This document shows, in pieces, positions 56,922 through 64,000 of a stretch of 64,000 nucleotides of DNA; position 1 is the stretch's first letter; the number at the start of each line of letters is the position of its first letter. Position numbers and translations under genes: made by a program. This DNA is from a virus: IMG/VR virus record IMGVR_UViG_3300029922_000004; one strand, written 5' to 3'. The notes below the pieces were generated by a model, which did not search any database, was not told the origin of the DNA, and saw only the letters and a program-made list of their open reading frames with translations.

Positions 56922-57012
56922 CTTGACTTTTTATGAAAAACCTGCTAACCTCGTTTCAGGTCGGATTCCCCACGGGAATAAATTCCCGTGTCCCCTCCTC
57001 GAAATTTATGGA
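56922..57012 (+). repeat. 91-bp direct repeat, copy 2 (orphan IS left end)
   Basis: Identical to 55590-55680; no adjacent right end or transposase. Confidence 0.92.
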
Positions 57013-57024
57013 ATATAATAGAGT

Positions 57025-57654
57025 ATGAATCTACTGAAACCCCATGTTCTAGTTTTGAATAATGGCTGGTTGCCAATCGGGGTGACAACATTTAAGAAGG
57101 CGTTGGTATGTCTTTGCTCTGAGGGTAATGGGTCGCTTGTCGCCAAGGCTCTTGATATTTGCTACAAAGAAATCAGTGATGGGGTCTGGGACTTTGACTC
57201 CCCTACGGCCATCAACGCGGTCCCATTTGAGGAATGGGTGAACTTGCCGGTGAGACCATTCGACCTAGCCGTAAATACGCCTAATAAACAAATTAGATTA
57301 CCTTCAATTATTGTAACTCTGCAATTTTCTAAAATGCCTATGCGGAAAGTTCGCGCCACGAGTAAGAATATCATGGAGAGGGATAATTATACCTGTCAAT
57401 ACACTGGGGTAAAACTGCCTAAGTCTAAACTTTCATTGGACCATATTCATCCCCGCGCTCTTGGCGGGAAAGAGACTTTCACAAATTTAGTGACATGCTC
57501 CAAAGAAATTAATTCAAAAAAGGGTCACAAAACTAACGAAGAAGCTGGCTTAAAATTAATTCGCCGCCCCTCAGAGCCTCTACCTATGCCAGCTTCGGCT
57601 TTAATAAAAGAAATCCGCAGCCGTGATTGGGCAATCTTTATCAACAAAAGATAA
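57025..57654 (+). CDS. HNH endonuclease
   Basis: VLVLN, RDNYTCQYTG, DHIHP...GG...NLVTC..IN..KG. Confidence 0.88.
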   Translation: MNLLKPHVLVLNNGWLPIGVTTFKKALVCLCSEGNGSLVAKALDICYKEISDGVWDFDSPTAINAVPFEEWVNLPVRPFDLAVNTPNKQIRLPSIIVTLQFSKMPMRKVRATSKNIMERDNYTCQYTGVKLPKSKLSLDHIHPRALGGKETFTNLVTCSKEINSKKGHKTNEEAGLKLIRRPSEPLPMPASALIKEIRSRDWAIFINKR

Positions 57655-57658
57655 AGTT

Positions 57659-57688
57659 CTTGACTTTTCCCGAAAACCCTGCTATCAT
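57659..57688 (+). promoter_or_regulatory. Sigma70-type promoter
   Basis: cTTGACT-17-TATCAT with TTTTCCCGAAAA. Confidence 0.72.
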
Positions 57689-57694
57689 TTCTCA

Positions 57695-57901
57695 ATGAGT
57701 AAATCAAAGAAAACCGGCCAAGACTGGAGCGAACTCCTTGAAATTCGCATCCTCTCTCCTGATGGATGGTCTAATCACAAACAATTTGCGAGCGAACTAA
57801 TTACAAAATTGGAATTCCTCAACCGCGCGGCGGTCAGCACAGTGGAAAAACGCGCCGATATTAGTCGGCGGGCGGTTGCGAAGATTTTGAAAGAAATATG
57901 A
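57695..57901 (+). CDS. Hypothetical protein
   Basis: ILSPDGW motif; directly after the promoter. Confidence 0.6.
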   Translation: MSKSKKTGQDWSELLEIRILSPDGWSNHKQFASELITKLEFLNRAAVSTVEKRADISRRAVAKILKEI

Positions 57902-58119
57902 CCTACGGCATCTTTAACATCACCAAAAATAAATGGCTCCTTGACGAAAATTTCCAAGTTGTCGTATTCGATTCTCTATCCAAGGCCAAGCGGGGACTTG
58001 ATGAAGTCAACCAAATTAAAACCCTCAGCCGCCGGACGAAAGATTACGAATACGAGATAAGGGAAGACCCCGATTTAAGTGAGTCGTTTGATTTAAACAA
58101 GTATGAGCCTCTTAGCTGA
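57898..58119 (+). CDS. Hypothetical protein
   Basis: ATGA overlap. Confidence 0.6.
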   Translation: MTYGIFNITKNKWLLDENFQVVVFDSLSKAKRGLDEVNQIKTLSRRTKDYEYEIREDPDLSESFDLNKYEPLS

Positions 58120-58381
58120 TATTAACAACGCCATTTACCACTACGTCGAAAAGAACGGCAGACAACCGACCGCTATTTCGATAGGGTCTAATGCTAGGCA
58201 GGATTTATTGGACATTTTAGACGTAAGATTGTCTAAATCCAACAATGACAAATCTTATTATCAAGAGGTAATTTATGGCTGTAAAATCAAATGGGTTAAA
58301 AGGAAAAACTACCTAGAATGTCTCCCGCGTCCTAAACGGATAAAACAATGGAAGCGCGAATATGACTGTGTTTTTACATGA
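58103..58381 (+). CDS. Hypothetical protein
   Basis: Overlapping operon ORF. Confidence 0.55.
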   Translation: MSLLADINNAIYHYVEKNGRQPTAISIGSNARQDLLDILDVRLSKSNNDKSYYQEVIYGCKIKWVKRKNYLECLPRPKRIKQWKREYDCVFT

Positions 58382-58608
58382 AAAAATCCAAACTAACTAA
58401 ATTCCAAAAATGGTGGGAAAACAAAGGCTGCTTCATGCGTCAAGGAGCCGCTGGGGACGCAATTGAAACCTCCAAAGAGTCTTGGAATGCCGCCGTTAAA
58501 CACATTTTAAAATCTCTCCAATATCGCAATCGTCAATTTGAGGGTAATTGGCAACACGAAGACATTGATTATTTAATCGAAGACTTAAAGGGGATGATTG
58601 AAAAATGA
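58378..58608 (+). CDS. Hypothetical protein
   Basis: ATGA overlap. Confidence 0.6.
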   Translation: MKKSKLTKFQKWWENKGCFMRQGAAGDAIETSKESWNAAVKHILKSLQYRNRQFEGNWQHEDIDYLIEDLKGMIEK

Positions 58609-58892
58609 AATACGGCATCTTTACTCAATACCAATACTGGTGGGATTTTTACTGTAAACAGATTATTAATGCTGGCCGGTATAAGGGTTACAAAACTCTG
58701 CCTATGATAGAGTGGACGCGAGACCGAATTCTTTTACAGGACGGGACTGATATTAGATGGATTAATACAAGATGGGATTTTCATAATAAAATCTGCGGAC
58801 TGAGATTGGATAGAATTTTTGTGGCGGATAAACTATCGGCAGAGGATATGATATATGTGAAGATGGCGTGGAACGGATATTTTAATAAATAA
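58605..58892 (+). CDS. Hypothetical protein
   Basis: ATGA overlap. Confidence 0.55.
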   Translation: MKYGIFTQYQYWWDFYCKQIINAGRYKGYKTLPMIEWTRDRILLQDGTDIRWINTRWDFHNKICGLRLDRIFVADKLSAEDMIYVKMAWNGYFNK

Positions 58893-58900
58893 TTTATGCA

Positions 58901-59443
58901 ATGTGGGGATATCAAACGGTTTGTAAAGCATGTGGGAATTTATTAGGCTCCACGTCTGGAATTGACTCTATTAATTATACAATTTGCAAAAACTGTAAAA
59001 CAACTATGAAAATCAACGAACTAAAAATAGGTGACAAAATCAAATTCAAACTCGACCAAGACGTTCACGTTACTACTATAGTAGAAATTACTGAATCTAA
59101 AATCCTCACCACACATTTAGGAAGATGGCTTCGGGGTGGCGAATTCTGGATTCGTCACGACCAAGTAATTTGCAAACTTGAATCCGTGCCAGATAAGGAA
59201 ATACCAATCGAATTTCCCGCACCGCCATTTGAATTTATGTTTCAGCCTCAAGAAGCGAGCGTTCGTAATAATATTGATGAATATGGTAATTATTACTATC
59301 CGTTAAAGCCTCGTATTATCAACACTTTTACAGAAGTAAAGGGCATTAATAATAAAAGCGAACCAGTTAGTCTTTTAATTCCGTATTCGCTGATATTCAA
59401 GTCTAATACGAATTATAAAGTTACCATCGAAGAAATTCCTTGA
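58901..59443 (+). CDS. Hypothetical protein
   Basis: 180-aa ORF. Confidence 0.6.
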   Translation: MWGYQTVCKACGNLLGSTSGIDSINYTICKNCKTTMKINELKIGDKIKFKLDQDVHVTTIVEITESKILTTHLGRWLRGGEFWIRHDQVICKLESVPDKEIPIEFPAPPFEFMFQPQEASVRNNIDEYGNYYYPLKPRIINTFTEVKGINNKSEPVSLLIPYSLIFKSNTNYKVTIEEIP

Positions 59444-59467
59444 CCCCCGCCGAAAACTCTGCTAGGA

Positions 59468-59728
59468 TTGCTTATGGACGAAATTGAAAAGCCGGAAATT
59501 AATAAAAAGTTTGACCCGATTATCGCCGCGCTCAAGAAGATTGGGTTGAAGCCGTTATTTTCTACAACTCATCCCCGCGATTACATATATGCCGTCGAAT
59601 GCCTATCCCCGCAATGCAGGGAATTCTGGCCTCCAAATTACAAACCTACACACGAAAAGACCTGTACAAATCCACACCGCAAATTAGACGAGAAAGAAAT
59701 CCAAAAGATAATGGCGAAAAATTTATGA
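59468..59728 (+). CDS. Hypothetical protein
   Basis: Follows a CTTGAC...TAGGAT promoter. Confidence 0.55.
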   Translation: MLMDEIEKPEINKKFDPIIAALKKIGLKPLFSTTHPRDYIYAVECLSPQCREFWPPNYKPTHEKTCTNPHRKLDEKEIQKIMAKNL

Positions 59729-59985
59729 AAAGTTCTAAAAATCCCTACCCCGCGATTACTGCTTTAGGCGTCAAAATTTATGATGAGCCTATCGCGCACG
59801 TTTTTCCAGAAGATATTAAAGTCGTCCTGACGAAAAAACAACAAAAATTATTTAATACTTACTTCGGAAGTCAGACGTGTCCCCTAATTGGCGATAAACA
59901 GGCTTTATATCCGTGGGATTGTGAATCGGTTATAGTTAGAATGACTAGTGGAAAATTACAAGGAAGCCAACTTTTCTGGGATTAG
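59725..59985 (+). CDS. Hypothetical protein
   Basis: ATGA overlap; YPWD motif. Confidence 0.6.
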   Translation: MKSSKNPYPAITALGVKIYDEPIAHVFPEDIKVVLTKKQQKLFNTYFGSQTCPLIGDKQALYPWDCESVIVRMTSGKLQGSQLFWD

Positions 59986-60201
59986 ATGAAACCCGCACCA
60001 CAACCTAGTCAGGGCAAAGGCTCAAAGAGTCGTATTCAGAACTTAAAATCCTACCGCGAAAACTACGATGAAATATTTAATAAGCAGCCTTTAACGACAC
60101 CCAAAGAATCTGAGGACGAAGATTTAAATTCCTGCGCGGCGTGTGGAGAATATGCGTGGGATGGTTATATTTGTCATAATTGCGGATTTAAAAAATTTTA
60201 G
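59986..60201 (+). CDS. Hypothetical protein
   Basis: GKGSKSR...YRENYDEIF; C-terminal CxxC pairs. Confidence 0.6.
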   Translation: MKPAPQPSQGKGSKSRIQNLKSYRENYDEIFNKQPLTTPKESEDEDLNSCAACGEYAWDGYICHNCGFKKF

Positions 60202-60237
60202 CCTTGACAAAAGAGGAAAATCAAGTTAATATTAGTT

Positions 60238-60828
60238 ATGGCCAGTAAAGAATTCAACATCAAAATCACCAAAGAGGGCCTTGAGACTATCATCGCGGCT
60301 CTGGAAGTCTACTCAAGAGTGGGTCTCAAACAGTGGAATTACGTTTTTGACGTTTTGCCGGAATGGTGGGATTTAGAAGTTGACCAGCGGGAATATTTAT
60401 TGAACCATTTGAGAGTTGACTTGAAAGATAATAATTACGGTATCTACCACGAAAAAGTAGCCAAATTCAACAAGGCTTTCCAGATTAAAAAACAAATTGA
60501 AAAATATGTCGCCCTAGACGAAACCGACGGAGTGATTGAACATTTATCTACCAGAACTGACGGAGCATTGAAAGATTACGATTATCTCCCGCGATTTGTT
60601 GATGAAAAAGGCGCGGCGGTGGTTCACGAAAAACGTTTTAAAATCCCCAAAGTAATGCAACACAATCTCCGCACTTTGGCGGAACAGAAAAATTGGGAGT
60701 TAATTTGGAAACTAATTGACAAAAACGTTAAATTTGGCAATCTCCGTGCTAACTCCACCCGAATTAGTGATGATTTTACAGAAGTAATTTTAAGCAAGCC
60801 CTATCTTTTAAGAAAAACACAATTATGA
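60238..60828 (+). CDS. Hypothetical protein
   Basis: 196-aa ORF after a TTGACA promoter. Confidence 0.65.
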   Translation: MASKEFNIKITKEGLETIIAALEVYSRVGLKQWNYVFDVLPEWWDLEVDQREYLLNHLRVDLKDNNYGIYHEKVAKFNKAFQIKKQIEKYVALDETDGVIEHLSTRTDGALKDYDYLPRFVDEKGAAVVHEKRFKIPKVMQHNLRTLAEQKNWELIWKLIDKNVKFGNLRANSTRISDDFTEVILSKPYLLRKTQL

Positions 60829-60980
60829 ACCACGACCACGAAATACAAGACAAATGGCAAAAAGCCCATAATCATCTCCAAGAAGAAGAAAAACAAAACG
60901 CGGCTAACGCCAAATTCCTATTTCGACTGTTCTTTTGGGGGATTGTCGGACTGTTGATATTCTGCTATTTCGCGCGATGA
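60825..60980 (+). CDS. Small membrane protein
   Basis: 51 aa, C-terminal TM, ATGA overlaps on both sides. Confidence 0.55.
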   Translation: MNHDHEIQDKWQKAHNHLQEEEKQNAANAKFLFRLFFWGIVGLLIFCYFAR

Positions 60981-61360
60981 AAGATTTAATTAAAAGGCTT
61001 CGCAGGTTTAACGCTTGGCGGCGCGGTGATGACCCGCGAACTTTTCCAGATTTGAATATCTCCCCCAAGCAAATCGGGCTGGATATTGACGCCGCTATTC
61101 GCGTCATAGAAAATTCACAATGTCTGGCAGATATTAGAAAGGATGCCATACTGGTTAATGAGAATTATCTCTACGAATTGTGTGACGCCGTTACTCAACT
61201 TGAACGTCGCGGGTATAAGTTTTGTGTTGATTTTGGCTATGATAACGCGATTGAGAAATTCAATAGTTTAACGAAAAAAGCTGAGCCACCGCCGACTCGC
61301 GACGTGAACCGCGATAGCGGAACTGACAGCGCCAACAGCGGTTGGCTCGGCGACTTGTGA
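60977..61360 (+). CDS. Hypothetical protein reading through attC1
   Basis: C-terminal ~30 aa are encoded by the repeat. Confidence 0.55.
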   Translation: MKDLIKRLRRFNAWRRGDDPRTFPDLNISPKQIGLDIDAAIRVIENSQCLADIRKDAILVNENYLYELCDAVTQLERRGYKFCVDFGYDNAIEKFNSLTKKAEPPPTRDVNRDSGTDSANSGWLGDL

Positions 61361-61363
61361 GGC
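61266..61363 (+). repeat. attC-like site 1 (R' mutated)
   Basis: R'' GTTTAAC, L boxes GCTGAGCCA/TGGCTCGGC, R' GTGAGGC; 90 bp identical to site 2. Confidence 0.72.
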
Positions 61364-61389
61364 GGATGGCTCACAACTGACATAAAAAT

Positions 61390-61533
61390 ATGAATATGAT
61401 AACTGAAATAGCGGTAACTATCTACGAACACCATCCAATCCTATTCTGGCCTTGGCTGGCTTTAGTCGTGGCTTGGCTTGTGGTGCTAATCTTATGGCTC
61501 ATAACTGCAATCCAAATACTCACACGCCGATGA
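61390..61533 (+). CDS. 47-aa membrane peptide (cassette gene)
   Basis: Single TM ORF between the two attC-like sites. Confidence 0.55.
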   Translation: MNMITEIAVTIYEHHPILFWPWLALVVAWLVVLILWLITAIQILTRR

Positions 61534-61543
61534 AACTCAATCC

Positions 61544-61641
61544 GCCTAACGAAAAAAGCTGAGCCACCGCCGACTCGCGACGTGAACCGCGATAGCGGAA
61601 CTGACAGCGCCAACAGCGGTTGGCTCGGCGACTTGTTAGGC
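61544..61641 (+). repeat. attC-like site 2
   Basis: ATCCGCCTAAC ... GTTAGGCGGAT perfect R''/R' with inner L boxes. Confidence 0.8.
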
Positions 61642-61664
61642 GGATGGACTACTTACATAAATTT

Positions 61665-61880
61665 ATGAAAAACCAATGGCAACCAATCGAAACCGCTCCG
61701 AATGATGACACCATCATAGACATCTGGACTCCATCTGACGGGCGGCTAACAAACTATCAGCGCGAACAATTAAGTCCGACAAATATATTCTACTCACCAG
61801 TCAAATCCGGCGTCTGCTGCGTCCGTAACGCAACCCATTGGATGCCTATACCGAATCCGCCTAACAATAGGAGAATATGA
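61665..61880 (+). CDS. DUF551-like protein (cassette gene)
   Basis: WQPIETAP...THWMPIP; ends on an orphan R'' GCCTAAC at 61859-61865. Confidence 0.75.
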   Translation: MKNQWQPIETAPNDDTIIDIWTPSDGRLTNYQREQLSPTNIFYSPVKSGVCCVRNATHWMPIPNPPNNRRI

Positions 61881-62287
61881 CTAACCGCGAGATTGATTTT
61901 CGAGTTTGGGCGCGGGGATGGAAACCGCCGCGATACGTTGACCACAAGTTCTTTCAAAGTTCGTATAACATTATTTTTAATAGTCCGATGTATATTGCCC
62001 AACAATTTACGGGGCTAAAAGATAAAAATGATAAAAAAGTCTACGAGGGAGACATCATAAATTTTACCGTTCGCGGGGTTACTCATGGCCCTGAAGCAGA
62101 CGAAGTTAAAAACGCCGAAGTGTGGTATTCAGAGGAGGATTTGCAGTTTGTATTCGGACGATACAAGGGAAAACTACATTCCGGCGATGAATATACTTAT
62201 TGGTATTCAATGGCGGATAGGATTGACCGAAAAAGCATTGAGGTAGTGGGGAATATATTTGAAAATAAAGATTTAATTAAACAATAA
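61877..62287 (+). CDS. YopX-family protein
   Basis: IDFRVW, QQFTGLKDKNDKKVYEGDI, EVVGNIFEN. Confidence 0.85.
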   Translation: MTNREIDFRVWARGWKPPRYVDHKFFQSSYNIIFNSPMYIAQQFTGLKDKNDKKVYEGDIINFTVRGVTHGPEADEVKNAEVWYSEEDLQFVFGRYKGKLHSGDEYTYWYSMADRIDRKSIEVVGNIFENKDLIKQ

Positions 62288-62293
62288 AATAAT

Positions 62294-63187
62294 ATGCCTA
62301 TAACATCATCTATTATCGCCGACAGTATTAACCCAAAAGGTAATCGTTTAACCTCATTCGTGTTGGAATACCCACGTTACATCCATAGCGAAATTTTAAC
62401 TCACCGCGTTTTCTCCAAGAACGCGGCCAGTTCCCGCGCTATACCTATAGAAAAGATGATTCAACAGGTTATTGATAATCCTGCCATGCCGACACATTGG
62501 GGGAAAAATCAGTCGGGGATGCAAGCGAATGAGGAATTAAGTGGTATAGATTTATACGAATGCAAGAAATTGTGGTTGCTCGCTAGGGATGAAATGGTGG
62601 AGTATGTAAAGCAACTTTCCGCCAGTAATCTACACAAACAAATAGCCAATCGCATCCTTGAGCCTTGGTTTCATATTAAAATTATCCTTTCGGGGACTGA
62701 ATTTGAGAACTTCTTTTCTTTACGCGCTCACCCCGCCGCCCATCCAGACCTTCAAAAACTTGCATATTTAATGCTTGAACAATATAATGAATCTGCTCCA
62801 AAACAACTTAACGAGGGAGACTGGCATATTCCGTTTGGAGATAAAATTACCGATGAAGGTTTAAATAAATTATTTAATGAATTCGGATTAGGATGTAATT
62901 GGGTTAAAGATAGGCAAGATGAATTTAAAATTAAGATAGCGATTGCGAGATGTGCGCGAATTTCGTATCTTAACTACGAAGGAAAAGATGATTATGCCGC
63001 TGACATTAAACTCTGTGATAGGCTTTTTGGGAATACTCCAAAACACCTTTCCCCGACCGAACACGTTGCTCAAGCACAGAACAATTCTGATTGGAGCGGA
63101 AACTATAAGGGTTTTAAACAGTATCGTAAGTTCTTCCAAGACGAAAACCTTTCTGACCCGCGAGTAATCAAAAAGTTTATTTCTTGA
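62294..63187 (+). CDS. thyX: FAD-dependent thymidylate synthase
   Basis: EILTHRVFSKNAASSRAIP, ANRILEPW, HLSPTEH. Confidence 0.82.
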   Translation: MPITSSIIADSINPKGNRLTSFVLEYPRYIHSEILTHRVFSKNAASSRAIPIEKMIQQVIDNPAMPTHWGKNQSGMQANEELSGIDLYECKKLWLLARDEMVEYVKQLSASNLHKQIANRILEPWFHIKIILSGTEFENFFSLRAHPAAHPDLQKLAYLMLEQYNESAPKQLNEGDWHIPFGDKITDEGLNKLFNEFGLGCNWVKDRQDEFKIKIAIARCARISYLNYEGKDDYAADIKLCDRLFGNTPKHLSPTEHVAQAQNNSDWSGNYKGFKQYRKFFQDENLSDPRVIKKFIS

Positions 63188-63212
63188 CTTTCCCCGAAAC
63201 CTCTGCTATTAT
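63183..63212 (+). promoter_or_regulatory. Sigma70-type promoter
   Basis: cTTGACT-17-TATTAT with CCCCGAAA. Confidence 0.72.
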
Positions 63213-63218
63213 TGGAGT

Positions 63219-64000
63219 ATGAACAGTATTTCCATAGCCAAATACGACAAACCCGATTGGATTGTCCGCAAAGAAAAATTCAACCGTTATAAGGTCTGCA
63301 ATGTCAAAAAATTTGGTTTCGGGAATAAAAATCCTCGCGGCGGGAAAGTCCTGTTCGTGTATGACTACGGCAACTCCCTTCATTTTATAAATCTCTCCTA
63401 CGGAACCCCCGTAATCGGCGCGGACAGAAAAGCCACGTTCAAGGGTAGTCAATCCAACAAATATATCCTCAAGGTTAAAAACGGGTGTTTAAATCTTTGG
63501 CGGGCGGCGATTGTAGCCGATAACCAAGGACAACACACCAAAAAAGTTATCCGAAATTTCTCCAATAGAATCAATAGTATGGATAGAGAGCTTCTTTCGT
63601 TTGGTACTAAAATGACCTATGGGAAAACGATTCCCAAAACAACTGCCCCGTCGCCAGTAGAAAATCTGTACGAAATATCCTCAATTATAGATTGTTTCGA
63701 GTGCGAAGATGGGACAAAAAAAGAAATTCTTAAAACCGAAACCCGCGCATTCAAAATCATTAACATTCGTCTTAATAAAATCCTCAGGGAATTTTTTAAG
63801 AGAAATAATATCAGCGTCAAACTTACCCCAAAGCCCTTCGATAATATCCGCGCGGGGATTTACAAAGGAACGGCGGGTTTTGCTCTTTCGGAAAATATTC
63901 TTAACTCCACCTATTCAAGACACTTTCGCCACGGCGACATTAAATATGTCATTAAAAAATGTTTCGGACATGATAGCGGGAAACTGGTAAAATTAGTGTG
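63219..64000 (+). CDS. Hypothetical protein, 3'-partial
   Basis: ATG after the promoter; frame open to the window end (read by hand). Confidence 0.65.
   Translation, partial: MNSISIAKYDKPDWIVRKEKFNRYKVCNVKKFGFGNKNPRGGKVLFVYDYGNSLHFINLSYGTPVIGADRKATFKGSQSNKYILKVKNGCLNLWRAAIVADNQGQHTKKVIRNFSNRINSMDRELLSFGTKMTYGKTIPKTTAPSPVENLYEISSIIDCFECEDGTKKEILKTETRAFKIINIRLNKILREFFKRNNISVKLTPKPFDNIRAGIYKGTAGFALSENILNSTYSRHFRHGDIKYVIKKCFGHDSGKLVKLV

Noticed and set aside
61266-61641. CRISPR array interpretation of the 90-bp repeats
   Set aside because: Repeats too long, spacers carry genes, and the layout is attC-like; no cas genes
2064-63452. Many short antisense or nested ORFs in the track (e.g. 2064, 5654, 14129, 15888, 29235, 47139, 53636, 63177)
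   Set aside because: They shadow well-supported genes or RNAs and have no motif or promoter support
63709-63990. 93-aa ORF in the ORF track
   Set aside because: Alternative frame inside the longer open frame starting at 63219
1-64000. Stop-codon reassignment
   Set aside because: Conserved genes translate without internal stops and end in TAA, TGA or TAG; no intact suppressor tRNA

Overview
64 kb of a large (probably jumbo) tailed-phage genome, AT-rich and read with the standard genetic code; the host cannot be determined from this window. The left arm (3.6-32.8 kb, minus strand) is a replication block followed by a sugar-modification island and a sigma factor. The replication block has DnaE split by a naturally split intein around an antisense GIY-YIG endonuclease, a separate PHP domain and DEDDh exonuclease, primase, DnaB, and RecA with a class 3 intein. 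The island has Gmd, FkbM methyltransferases, a C-methyltransferase and glycosyltransferases. After a structured non-coding divergence point (~33 kb) the plus-strand arm carries NrdJ with an intein, a tmRNA, an ECF sigma factor, an envelope/patatin/PAS module, a large structured RNA candidate and two clusters of often non-canonical tRNAs. Further right are an AAA+-M41 protease, an intact IS200/IS605 element (tnpA+tnpB) inserted at a start codon with a duplicated left end, many small ORFs, an integron-like attC cassette array and ThyX. Two recurring promoter classes are visible: a sigma70-type with a conserved spacer, and a single GTGTAA box. Family assignments come from motif recognition by eye, not database searches.
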